Below are positions 1-14,500 of a stretch of 64,000 bases of DNA, piece after piece. The position numbers were made by a program, and so were the translations under genes. Origin of the DNA: Salpingoeca rosetta (lineage: Eukaryota > Protista > Choanoflagellata); NCBI GenBank assembly GCA_033442325.1, contig JAWQFM010000024.1, positions 788,584 through 852,583 of the forward strand. The letters run 5' to 3'. Each line of letters begins with the position of its first letter. Positions within the stretch are counted from its first letter, which is position 1. The notes under the pieces were generated by a model. It was not told the DNA's origin. It did not search any database and saw only the letters and a program-made list of their open reading frames with translations.

Positions 1-461
1 AGCGCCCGGACGTCAGCACACACACGCTGGCCAGCGCACTGCACACAAAATTGAGCGCACTCTCGTCGTAACTCGTGCTTGCCGTGTTGATGTGTGTGTT
101 TGTGTGTGTGTGTGTGTGTTGTGTTGTGTTGTGTGTGTTGATGTGTGTTGTGTTGTATGTGTATTGTGTTGTGTTTTATGTGGATTGTGTGTGGATTGTG
201 TGTGTATGTGTTGCAGTGGTGTTGTTTTTTTGTATTCGCCTGTGCGCACTCTCTCTCTCTCTCTGTCTCTCTCTCTCCTCTCGTGCGTGAAGAGTAATAT
301 CTTGATTTGTTGCTGATGTGAGTGTTACATGGCACATGGGAACCAGACAATGCTTGTTGCATGGTTTTGATTGTCTAACAGAGCGTTTCGCTGTTGTCCG
401 TTCATCAATACGTGCCAAGTCCTTTTCTTTCACCCTTCTGCCCCTTTGCTTTGAGTTTCAT

Positions 462-526
<65 letters not shown>

Positions 527-829
527 GTGTGTGTGTGTGTGTGTGTGCGTGGTTATGCGAAGAACATTGTCATCCCTATCCCTTTACTTTGCGAGTAAAT
601 CAAACAGCTTGCAGCTTTTGTCACAACACACACACACACACACACTCACACTCACTCACACATAGCACATATCAAAGAGCGGCAGAAGCAATAACAAGAA
701 TCAAAAAGGTGCACAAGTCAAAAAAACAAAAACAAACGCGATCGTCCATGTCGTTCCACCCTCACGCCACAACTCTTCTTCCTTCACTTCTTCAGCATCA
801 AGACCAGTGCAAACACCTGGCTCGAACCA

Positions 830-1789
830 TCACTGCACACTCTTCTTCTTCTTCTTCTCATCACCAGCACCATCGCCACCATCGGGTGTACCACTGTCGG
901 CTGATGTGGTCACTGCCTGGCCGCCATCCTTGCCCTTGCCCGCGTGCTCCCTCGTCCATCGCATGCGCTCCTGTCTGCGTCTCTCTCGCTTCTCTCGCTT
1001 TCTTCGGCGCGCCTCCTCGTTCACACGTCCCTTTGCTGCCTTTTGCACCTTCTCTCCTTCCTTCCCTTCACCCATGCTCTCATCCTTGGCACCTGCTTGC
1101 TTCAACCCACTTCCCTCTTTCCCTTCACCCTCCTCTTCACCCTCTTGCTGCTCTCCCTCTTTCTTCGTCTGCGCGTGCGTTCCATCAATCACATCGCGCG
1201 CATTTGCACGCGCGCACTCCAACGTGGTCGCCACCGCCCTCGCCTGCATGCGTGATCATATAGGTGTGCGTGTGTGTGTGCGTGTGTGAATAAAGCCGAA
1301 GGTTGGAGCCAGGAGATCAGACCTACACTTCAACAGACACATTCATGTACATAAACATACTCACTCCACAACACACACACACGTACACACACGTACACAC
1401 ACGCACACACACGCACGCAACCACTCACATACACACAACACAACACACAACACACAACACCACCACCACCGCCGCCGCCACGATTGTCACCTTGCGAAAG
1501 AGGGCGACAAACGCCGGGCGGGGCACATCCTGTGCGCCCATATCGTACTTGTACTGCATGCCCATGCCAAAGTCCCACGCCATGAAGCCACGACGGCGGA
1601 GCAGACAGCCCAGCGCACAGAGCTGCACAGAGCCTGCACCGCTCTCCCGCGTGAACCCAGTCGCACTGGTGGTGGGTAGTGGTGTGGTGATGGGACATGA
1701 GAGGGGTTTGGGGCATTGGGAGAGGGTGGTTGAGGTGTTTGAGCGTGCTCAAAATTGAACACACGCAGTGATTTGATTGTGCATATCAT

Positions 1790-1860
<71 letters not shown>

Positions 1861-2435
1861 CACACACACACGCAGCACAAGCACACACACATGCACATGC
1901 ACGCAGCACAAACACACACACACACACACAGTACAAGCACCGTACAAGTACACACACACGCACACATACACATCTGCACACTGACCTGGTGTAGATGCTG
2001 CCGCATGCCCATCCAATTTCACCCGCCACCAGATCATCGCCGTCCCACACCTCGATGGAGTGCATGCGCACGCCGTGGGCCGGGTGGCGGTACATGTCGA
2101 GAAACTCCTTTGCCAGAAGGCCGATCCAGTTCATGCCGTGCTGCTCCACACACTTGTCCAGCACGGCCTCGAAGCACGTGTCCACGGAGAACTCGAGCTT
2201 GCGTGCGCGCTTGCGGCAGGACCGCGACACGCGCAGTCGTGACAGGTCAGTGACGACGCATCGCTCCTCGTGCAGCTTCGGCAGCACCACGCTGCGCAAC
2301 TTGCCGCGGACGGGGGTGGCAATGGGCAGGAAGCCGCCATAGCACAGACGCTGCATGAACCCCGTGTCGCGGCTCACGCACCAGCAAAAGTCCCCAGCAC
2401 CCTCGCTTCCCGCCAGCACATCCACAAACTGCATT

Positions 2436-2510
<75 letters not shown>

Positions 2511-2597
2511 GTGTGTGTGCGCGCGCGCGTGTGTGCATGTGCATGTGAGCTTGCCTGGGCCGCTACATCTTCGTACTCGCGTCAAGAATCAACACAT

Positions 2598-2644
<47 letters not shown>

Positions 2645-2890
2645 AGAGGGGAGGAATGGGCGATACGCCAGGTACGGCGAGTACCGCAGGACCGCCTTTG
2701 CGGTGGCAATCTCCACAGCCCTATCAACAAGGTCGAGCGTAAGAGAGTGTGCGTCGTGTTGTCGTGGAGCCGTGACGAGTGCATGTCACGCTGGACCACA
2801 ACAAGACACTGGCTGATGGCACACAGCATCACGCAGCTGTGCAGATTTCACCACAAACACACACTTTTGTTTGTCGTCAGCAGTTGACAT
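830..2890 (-). CDS. Leucyl/phenylalanyl-tRNA-protein transferase (Aat/ATEL1-like), multi-exon
   Basis: Exons ~2890-2865 (MSTADDKQK), ~2720-2645, ~2428-1986 (…LPKLHEERCVV…FSVDTCFEAVLDKCVEQHGMNWIG…MHSIEVWDGDDLVAGEIGWACGSIYT), 1665-1491 (SATGFTRESGAGSVQLCALG…WDFGMGMQYK), 1243-830 (charged tail). The motifs HS.EVW…LVAGE.G…G..YTS.TGF are typical of L/F transferases. The 3' splice phases are consistent; the 5' exon structure is less certain. Confidence 0.85.
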
Positions 2891-3102
2891 CGCTGGCTGT
2901 CTCGCTTGCTTGGTCTGGGTCTGCTTGCTTGCTTGGTTGGTCTGCTTGCAGTGATTGCGATCGCTGTCAACGAGATGAAGGGGGTGTGTGCGAGTTTTGG
3001 TCCTGCCGATAACACGACAGCATGAATTGATCGCCCACAATTCAAAGCAAATTGAGAGCGAGGAAGACTTCACGTGGCTCCGCACACACACACACACACG
3101 CC

Positions 3103-3178
<76 letters not shown>

Positions 3179-3197
3179 CACACAGAGCACGGCCAGG

Positions 3198-4710
3198 ATG
3201 GTGCGAAGGAGGAAAGTGACTGTCGCGAAGCGGCTCATGATCAAGAAGCTGAACACAGTGACAAAGAAGAAGAAAAAGTCCGAAGACGCAACTCAACCAA
3301 CGACGTCGTCATCATCATCATCATCAGCAACACAACAAGGTCTGTGCGATGGCCCATGGGTGCGTGCGTGCATGCATGCGTGTGTGTGTAGGTGTGTGTG
3401 CTGGTGTTTTGTGACACGAAGATAGGGAGCAAACGTCTCGGTGCTGTTGTTGGCAATTTCCCTTTCCTGTACTCCCCCCACACACACACACACTCACTCA
3501 CACACACTCACTCACTCACTCACACTCACTCACTCCCTCACACTCACTCACGCTCACACACACACACGTTCACACACACGCGCCACTTACCCACACCTAG
3601 GAGACAACAACAGCGGAAACGCTGGCCTGAGCAAGACCGCAGCAAAGCGCATGCGTACGTCAATATGATACGTTGCGCTTCCTTGTTCCTGCACACACAC
3701 ACACACACGTGCGTCCATGTTCACCCACACCCATGTCACACCCACACACACGTCCTCAATCCCTGATGCCTCCATACCCTCTCCACTACCCTCGCTCTCA
3801 TGTGGTTTCGTTTCCATGGTGCGCAGAGAAGGAGATGATCAACTCCCTGGACAACATGATGCTCTCCTTTGGCGGTTCCAAGGAAGAGATGTCATCGGAC
3901 AAGGCAAAGCTGGCAACGGCAAGGTACGACTGCGTGCCGCCTGCTCGCTCCACGCTCAAGAATTGGCGTGAGCTTTACACGCACACACATCAGGCTTGAC
4001 ACAGCACATGTCATTGTACATGCTGTGTCGTGATGCTGAACGTTGCAGCCGTACTTACAACACGACAACACAACCTCTTCTTGCTGTTGTTGTTGTTGTT
4101 GTTCTTCTTCTTCTTCTTCTTCTTCTTCTTCTTCTTCTTCTTCTTCTTCTTCTTCTTCTTCTTCTTCTTCTTCTTCTTCTTCTTCTTCTTCTTCTTCTTC
4201 TTCTTCTTCTTCTTCTTCTTCTTCTTCTTCTTCTTCTTCTTCTTCTTCTTCTTCTTCTTCTTCTTCTTCTTCTTCTTCTTCCTCCTCCTCCACCTCCTGC
4301 CCCCCTGCTGTGTGCGCAGGTTGCAGATGGCTGAGCCGCTGAAGAAGAAGAAGCCGAAGAACAAAGCGCAGGCGAGGAAGAAGGCGCGACAGCTGAAAAA
4401 GGCGCTCAAGCGAGAGGCCAGAGATGACTTTCTCAGCAGCAAGCGCGAGAAGAGGAGGCAGCACTTTGCTCAGCGGGTGCGTTACCTCTACGCGCGCGCG
4501 CGTGTGTGTATGTGTGTGTGTGTGTCTCTCTCTCTGTCTCTGTCTCTCTGTCTGTCTCTCTGTGTCTGTGAGCGCGCGGAACACACCTGCTGCTCCTTCC
4601 CTCCCCAACTCTCGCCAGCTGTCTTCGTGTCACTTCCACGCTTGCTCACATGAATACAAACACTTTTTTTTCTTGCGTGAGTGCAGAAGGAACTGCGCAA
4701 GGATTATTAA
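3198..4710 (+). CDS. Small Lys/Arg-rich hypothetical protein (~155 aa), 5 exons
   Basis: Exons 3198-3339, 3601-3654, 3827-3923, 4320-4476 and 4687-4710 all have GT-AG boundaries in matching phase. The protein reads MVRRRKVTVAKRL…EKEMINSLDNMMLSF…LKKKKPKNKAQARKKARQLKK…KELRKDY*. Confidence 0.7.
4102..4280. repeat. (CTT)n microsatellite in an intron
   Basis: About 60 uninterrupted CTT units just upstream of the acceptor at 4319. Confidence 0.95.
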
Positions 4711-5078
4711 AACATAAAGCGCACACTACTCCCGACCCCTTCCACAACACAACACGACACGACACAACAATACATCTGCAATAGCACTCGACCACCACAT
4801 TCTCTTTCCCTCGACGCCCCACCAACCGTCAGTCACCTGCCATCGTTGCATAAACGCGTGTAATCAATACAGACAACAATTGCATGAGAGCAGGGCAGAG
4901 ATGGAGTGTGCGCGCATGTGTGTGTTTGTGTCTGTGCGTGTGTTTGTGTTTGTGTGTGTCTGTGTGTCTGTGTGTCTACGTGTCTACGTGCATGTTGTAA
5001 GTGTCGATAAGAAAGGCAAGTGCTCCATGGTGTGCAAGTGGTAACAGATACGCAAAGCGGAAGGCCTTCGATGAGCGC

Positions 5079-6142
5079 CTACACGAGGGTGGATCGAAGA
5101 TCGCCAATGTCCTTGTTGAGGGTGGCTGCAGACCCCCTGCGCACGGTGCGTGTGTTGCCGACGGGCGAGTGCTGGGACCCCGCAGACCTCCTGTTCCTCC
5201 GCAGGATGACACTCTGGTTCTGCGACGCGTCGCGAGACCTGCTGCCGTGCTGGCTGCCCTCCGTGCGTGACGGTGCACTTGGGCTGTGGCTGTGGTGGCT
5301 GGTGCGGCTCGCTGTGCTGGAGGGCGTCCGTCCTCCGCCCGTGCTCCGCGTCGCCGCTCGCGACTTGTGGCGTGCAGATGCCGATGTTGATGTTGACGGC
5401 CTCGAGCCCGGCGAGGTCGATGGCCTGCTGTGCTGTGGAGATTGGTGACGCTGTGACGCGCGCTGTGATGTGCGCTGCATTGTACCGCTGGATCGCCGAG
5501 ACACGTTCTTGTCCACGTGTGGCGACTCGTTCATGAACGTGGATGAGGTCCCGCTGACGACAACATCCTCGCCAAACCCTCCACCGTCGTTCTCTTCCAA
5601 CGCCGCAATCAGGGACGCTTGAAACTCTCTTCTGGCCTTTGCCAGCTGTCGCTCTGTCTGCTGCAACTCCTCAATATGTTCCGGCGCCTGCGCTTTCAAG
5701 TTGCGCTGAATTGTGTATGTACACATGCATGTGCGTGCGTGCGTTTGTTTGATTGGTTGTGTGTGTATTTACATGCATGCATGTGTGTGTGCGTGTGTGT
5801 GCGTGTGTTTGCATGCATGTGTGAGCATGTTGGTTGATCGGTCGTTTGTTTGTGTGGGTTAGTACAGCGTGCATGTTCATGTCGGTGGTGCCACGAGATG
5901 TGCAAAACGCCATGACCGTGCCCACATGCGATCGATGTTGCACAGATGTTAACAATTACAGTCGCACACGCAACCATGACGTGATGCGAGCAAACAGCAA
6001 CCACCTACCCAGGAATCACCACCAACCACCAACCACCAACCACCAACCACCAACTACCAGCACCACATGCATGCCACCAACCCACCACTCGCGACAGCAG
6101 CGCTGCCACTTGTTGGTGCGTCGTCGTTGTTGTTGTCGCCAT
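5079..6142 (-). CDS. Hypothetical protein, coiled-coil followed by a Ser/Arg-rich disordered region
   Basis: The ~630-nt terminal exon 5707-5079 is non-repetitive, GC-rich and follows a CAG acceptor (RNLKAQAPEHIEELQQTERQLAKARREFQASL…). The putative ATG exon at 6142 (MATTTTTTHQQVAALLSRV) is tentative. Confidence 0.5.
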
Positions 6143-6279
6143 CGCTACACGACACCACAAACAATAGCGACCTCCATTTGTTGTTGTTGTTGTTGCTTCC
6201 TCTCTCGCTGCTGCTGTGTTGTGCTGGTGTTGTGCTGCTGCCACCCACCCACGACGGACGTCAACCAACGACCGCCATC

Positions 6280-7925
<1,646 letters not shown>

Positions 7926-8505
7926 CACGCAGCCCTGAATCAGCGCCAACACACACGATTGCCACATTTCGTTTCCTTGTCCCACACCTTCGTTCTAACC
8001 TCTCCACCCTTCGACCACCACCTACACTGTTGCGCACTGCTTCGTTTTGTGCCAAGTTCATTGATTTGTTGAACAACGCACGCATGTCACCCACGCAATC
8101 AAAGACAGAAAAAGAGAAAGCTGAAATGAAATGAAGAGAACGTGAAAGAAATGAATGGTCTTGCTTGGTTGAGAAGCGATAACACGCAAACACACACACA
8201 CACACATGAGACAACTCGAGGGCGATTGGCGTCGCTTTGGAAAGCAACCGCCATCACCCCATGTCACAAACAAAAGCAGCATTCACACTCAACATACGCT
8301 CTTCATCCTCTCGCACTTGCACTCTACACATGACACGCATTCACATAAACATAAAACCCAATGTCATATCTCCACCCTCACACTTAACATTCACAACTCA
8401 CACACACGTCTACACCCGTCTACACCCGTCTACACGCTCCCACTACCACGTCACTTCACACAATCATCTCCCACCACCTCATGTCTCATCCGCTTCCCCC
8501 ACACT

Positions 8506-11500
8506 TCAACGCCTGCTGTCGCCACGTTGGCTCCACAGGTTGTGTACGGCCTTGAAGTGCGAGCTCGCCTGGAAGTCATCATCATCGTCGTCGTCGTCAT
8601 GGTCGCCATTGCCAATGTTGATGTTGACGTCGCGCGTGCTCGCTGCATCGTCCTCGTCCTCCTCGGGGATGGACTGCTGCCGCGTCTGCCAGGGCGTCGC
8701 CACGTCCTCAAACTGCACCTGAGGCATGACGAGCTCCGACTCAATGTCCATCGACGTCACCTCGCGCCGGCGCCGCGTGTTGGCGCTCTTGCGCATGCTC
8801 ACGTTGGACATGGCGTCCTCCTCGTCCATGCTGTGCGCCACCACGTTGCCAAACGACACGCGCGGCTTGCTGCCAGAGTTGCCGCCAACCTTCAGGATGC
8901 CGCGCGAGGGCGCGGGCTGCTCGTCCTCAAACATGTCGTCCAGATCAACGTCGTCGTCGTCAATCCCGCTGATCATGTCATCCTCCACATCATCGTCCTC
9001 AGACTCGCTCGTGTCCATGTCCAGGTACCCCTCGTTGATGTTCTCGCCGTCGGGGCCCTCCATGCCGTCCAGCTCGTCAAAGTCGCTCAGGTCATCGCCG
9101 CTCATGTCCGCAGCAGCAAACATGGGCGGGTTGCGGTGGTGGCCCTTGCTCGTCTCGTGCGCGCCAAACATCTCCTGCTCAAACATCTCAAAGTCGCTCA
9201 GGTCGCCCAGCAGGCTGTCGTCGTCGCCGCTGCCGCTGCCGCTCGACCCAGACGAGCCATCAAACTCGTCCACGCTCGCTAGCGTCGTGCCGTCAGAGAG
9301 CGAGTCATCACTGTCGTCGTCGTCGTCGTCGGGGGCGAGGGTGGTGGTGGCACCACCAACGGGGCGACCGCCGCGCATGCGCGTGGGGAAGTTGGTCGTG
9401 CCGTACAGCGGGTTGTTGCGCAGGCCGCCAAACATGGACGGAAGGCGCGTGTCCCACTCGTCCAGCGACTGCTTCGCGGTGGCCGGTACGCCAATGCGGC
9501 TGCCGCCCGTCTGGTCGTCAACCACCGTCGTCGTCTCCTTGTACCGCGCCACCTCGCCCGTCTCCGGATCAACCTCCCCGCCAGTGAACACCGTGCGCTC
9601 GGGCTCCTTGCGCATGGGCTCCGGCGTGCCAAACAGCACGTCGCCGTGGTGCGCCAGCACCATCTTGCGCGCGTTATCCAGCTGCTTGCGCTGGCGCTGG
9701 TACCGCAGCAGCAGCAGCAGCAGCACAATGAACACCAGCAGCGCGGCCGCCGTGAACCCGGCAATCAGGATGGGCTCCGCCTCGCTCTTGGCGGAGTTGG
9801 GGCCCGCACCAAGCAGGTCGTAGCAGTACGCCTCCACAAACAGCGTCTCGTTGTTGAGCGTCACCTGCACGCACGTCTCGTTGGCCGTCGCCACAATCGC
9901 CGGCGGGTACTCGCCCAGGTTGCGGCAGTTGGCCGTGTCGTACACGCGCAGGTTCACCAGCACCGGCCCGGTCTCCGCGTCGTTTTCGCGGTAGCACTCC
10001 ACGCGCGCGCTGTGGTTGGCAATCACGTCCGACAGGCACGTCTTGTGGAACTCGCGCGCCGCGGTGCTGGCCGGCTCGCCAATGTTCGTGTCGCACTGCT
10101 CCTCAGCAGAGAAGCGAACAGACGACTCAAAGCTGCGGTCCTGCGTGTCGACGCTGCGCAGCGTGCACGCCTCAAAGTCCTCCACCGTCGACAGGATTGT
10201 GTTCACGCGGTCGGTCGGCAGCACCTCCTGGCTCGTCGCGTTGACCACGTAGAAGGTGATGTCCGTCTGCGTGTTGGGGCTGTCCGTGTTGGCCAGCACC
10301 TCCAGCACCACCAGCCGGCCACCGAGAATGTCGCCCAGGGCGTCCAGGCACGGGTGGCTGTTGGTGACGTTGTCGTACCCCGCCAAAAAGTCGTTCACGT
10401 TGGGCCGCGTCGTGATGGTCACCAGGTAGTCATCGTTGATGATGGCCACAAACACGCGCGCCTCAGCGCTGAGCGCGGGCGTGCCGCCGTCCGTCGCCGT
10501 CACGACCAGCTCAATCGTGTCCGAGAGCGAGCGCGTCTGCGTGCCCGTCGTGTAGATGACGCCCTCCTGTGAGATGCCAAACCCGTCCGTCGGTTGCGAG
10601 CCGCTCGACACCACCTCCACAGAGTACGTGAGCGCCTTGTTCTGCCCGCCGGCCAGCGTGTTGCTGTCCGCGTCCGTCGCCGTCACGCGCAGCACGGTCG
10701 TGTCGCGTGGCGAGTCCACGGAGATGCGCGCGCCGTACACAGATGGCGAGAACACGGGCGCGTTGTCGTTCACGTCAATCACAGACACCGAGTACTCCTT
10801 GAGCGTCGTGCGCGGCCACGGCGGCGAGTTGTCGGTCGCGCTCACCGTGAAGTTGAACGTGCGCTGCGACGCCACCTCGTAGTCCACCGTCTGCAGCAGG
10901 TGCACGCTGCCCGTGCTTGGGTCCAGGCCAACGCGGCCCGCCTCCACCAGGCCCGTGAGCGGGTTGAGCACGCCGCCGGCCAGCGACAGCGTGGTCGCCG
11001 CCGTCTGGCCCGGGTCGGCGTCCGTGGCGCTGACAGTGAGGATGGACGCCTGCTGCGCCGTGTCCTCCTTGATGCTGAACAGCGGGCCGGGCGCAATGGT
11101 GGGCGAGAAGTCGTTGATGGCGTCGGCGGTGCGCAGACGGTTGGCAAAGCTGCTCAGCGGGTTGAACCCGTTGGTGGCCAGCACGCTTACCGTGGACGTG
11201 GACGTCGGGCTGCCCTCGGGGCTCACCTCAACAGCAAAGTCGAGCTGCTGCGTGTACGTGTACGTGCCATTCACGGCGCTGCCCGACATGAAGATGTCGC
11301 GGCCGGTGGTTGTGTCGCCCTGCGAGTCAAACGTCACCAGCAGCACCGACGCACCCACCTCATCCGCCACAAAGTTGACCTCCGCGGACACGGTGTAGCG
11401 GTAAGTGGCCACGCACGTCGTCTCGCACTCGTGCTTCGTCTCAAAGTTGTTGGCGTTGCCCTGGCACCCGTAAAAGTCAAAAGCGACACAGGTGGCCGTG

Positions 11501-14500
11501 CTGCGGTCGTAGCGGTACCGCGTGACGGGGGCGCCCAGGTTGCAGTTGGTGCTGCCAGACGCGCGCGGCAGCAGGCACAGCGTGGGCTGCTGCTCCACCT
11601 GGTAGTCCTCAAAGAGCGGCAGGTAGCGGTCCGCGCGCACCAGCACGCTGGCGCTGGCCGGGTCGGGCGAGTACCCCGTCACGGCCGTGCCGCGCACAAA
11701 CGTGCTCGCGCTCAGGTTGCTCTGCAGCAACGGATCGGGGTGGGACAGCAGCACAAACACGGCAGACGTCTCCGAGTCAATGTCGTTGCCGGGCTTGGCC
11801 TTGACCGTCACGTTGACGGTGAGCCGGCCCTGCGAGAACTGGTTCTGCACAGGCACCACCTCCACCTCCACAAAGCGCTGCAGGTTGAAGTTGATCAGCG
11901 CCATGTACTTGGCGTCCGCCAGGTTGATCTCGTCGTTCAGGTCCGCGTCCATGGCCGCCAGCTGCGCCGGAATGAGCTGCTGCTTCAGCTCCACGCCCTG
12001 CGGCTGGCGCTCAAAGTTGAACGAGCGCTCGGCCAGGTACAGCTGCGTGTACGAGACGTCGCGAATGTCAAACTCGCAGTCCCCGTTGGCGTCGCCGTTG
12101 AACCGGCTAAGGCAGTCTGCGCACGGCGGCGAGGCGCACGTCTCCACAGCGCGGCGCGCGCGCTCACGGCGCTCCTCCACGGCACGGGACGGCGCTGGCA
12201 GCGAGCGGCGCAGCACAGACAGCTGATCCGCCGTGTAAGGCACGGGCTCGCCAAACACGTCCCGCAACCGGGCGCCACTGTCATGATCAGCAACAGCAGC
12301 ATCAGCAACGTCGCTGCTGCTGCTGCTGCGGCGGCNNNNNNNNNNNNNNNNNNNNNNNNNNNNNNNNNNNNNNNNNNNNNNNNNNNNNNNNNNNNNNNNN
12401 NNNNNNNNNNNNNNNNNNNNNNNNNNNNNNNNNNNNNNNNNNNNNNNNNNNNNNNNNNNNNNNNNNNNNNNNNNNNNNNNNNNNNNNNNNNNNNNNNNNN
12501 NNNNNNNNNNNNNNNNNNNNNNNNNNNNNNNNNNNNNNNNNNNNNNNNNNNNNNNNNNNNNNNNNNNNNNNNNNNNNNNNNNNNNNNNNNNNNNNNNNNN
12601 NNNNNNNNNNNNNNNNNNNNNNNNNNNNNNNNNNNNNNNNNNNNNNNNNNNNNNNNNNNNNNNNNNNNNNNNNNNNNNNNNNNNNNNNNNNNNNNNNNNN
12701 NNNNNNNNNNNNNNNNNNNNNNNNNNNNNNNNNNNNNNNNNNNNNNNNNNNNNNNNNNNNNNNNNNNNNNNNNNNNNNNNNNNNNNNNNNNNNNNNNNNN
12801 NNNNNNNNNNNNNNNNNNAACGTCGCTGCTGCTGCTGCTGCGGCGGCGGCGGCGGGTGGAGGAGACGGTGATGTGCACTTGAATCTGGCCCGCAACGGCG
12901 TCGCGTGGCGTGGCATCACCAATGGCAGTCCCCTGCAGGTCGTTGGTGGCAAAGGTGATGACAGAGCCAACAATCTGCGCCGGGTTGCGGGCGGGCGTTG
13001 CGGCGACACCGCGGAAGGTGATGCGAGCAAGCTCGACCGATGTGCCGGCGACCGTCTCCTCTGGGTCAACGGCGCCACCGACGCGAATCACGCCTGGCGG
13101 GTCTACCACGGCCTGGAAGATGCCCTTGGTCCAGCCAGCGCCCTCAGTGATCTTGGGGCCCGTGGTGGTGGTGGGCACCTCCAAAAAGGCGGTGCTGTAG
13201 CGAATCTCAAGGTCAATGGCGCCCAGGTTGACGCCGCCCGTGTTGATGATCACGGGCACCTCAAACTCGTCGTCGCGCGCCTGAGCCGGCAGGGCGTAGC
13301 CGCCAGTGAAGCCCAGGTCAAAGTCGCCCACGTCCGGCTGCAGGTTGCAGATGATGGCCGTGGAGCCGGACACGAGGCTGTCGAGCACGCGGGCCACCAC
13401 CTCCACCTGCGAGGCGCGTGTGCCCTGCAGCGTGGCCTGCGCCAGCGCGTTGACGGACAGCGGCGCGGTGGAGCCGTCCGAGATGACGGAAAAGGAGAGG
13501 GAGCCCGGCAGGAGCAGGGCGCCCGTCGTGGCGTCCACAAAGTCGTTGCGGATGGTGCCGTCGTCAAAGATGGCGCCCATGGCAATGGTGCTGCGCGCGC
13601 GGCTGGCAATGCCCTCAAACACATACGCACCGTCAACAACCGCCTTGCCCGGCAGCCGCAGGTCAATCAGCTGCTGCACGCGCACGGCGCGGTCCGTGAC
13701 GGTGAGGAGCTGCGCCGGCGCATCAAACGAGCCAAAGCGCGCAGACACGTCCACTTGCAGGTCGCGCGAGGCGAGCGTGGCGTCCTGACCGCTGCGCACG
13801 GAAATCACCTTGGCACTGCTCACGCTGACAATGCCCGTCTCCACCACGCCCGTGCCGGGCTTGAGGATGCGCGCGCTGCAGCCCGTTGTGACGTCCAGCG
13901 AGTCGCCGTTGGACAGGGTGAGGGCCACATTCATGGCCGCCTGCTGGCGGACCGTGGCCGCGGCGTCGTTGGGGTTGAAGTAGCGGTTGAGCGATGAGAC
14001 GGTCACGTTGTTGCTGTTGGCGTACGACGGGTACGGGCGCAGCGCCACACGCACGCCCGTGGCGGCGACCACCTCCACGTCCACGCTCACGGTGATGTCC
14101 ACGTGGATGAAGCGGATGGTGAGCACGCCTGCGCCGCCCGCGCCGCTGGTGGCGTTGGCCTGCGGTGCAATGGGGCGAATCACGGGCGAGAACGAGCCGT
14201 CCGCCGGCGGGCTGCACTCCAGCGACGCCTCGTCCGCGCAGATGGTGAACACGCCGTTGGCGCCGGAGAGGTCGTACACGGTGCGAGGGTCGGTGGCCAT
14301 GTCAATGAGCTGCTCGTTACCGTTGCCAATGTCGTAGACCAGCGCCACGCCAATCTCGCTCTCCGTTGGCAGGCCCGCCGCTGCGGCGTCGTCGCTCTCG
14401 TACGTGAGCAAGGGGTCCACCCCCGTCACGCGCACGTCCGTGGGCGCGGGGATGGTCACGTCCACGAACGCGCTCGACTCAACAAGGTCAACCGAGTCTG

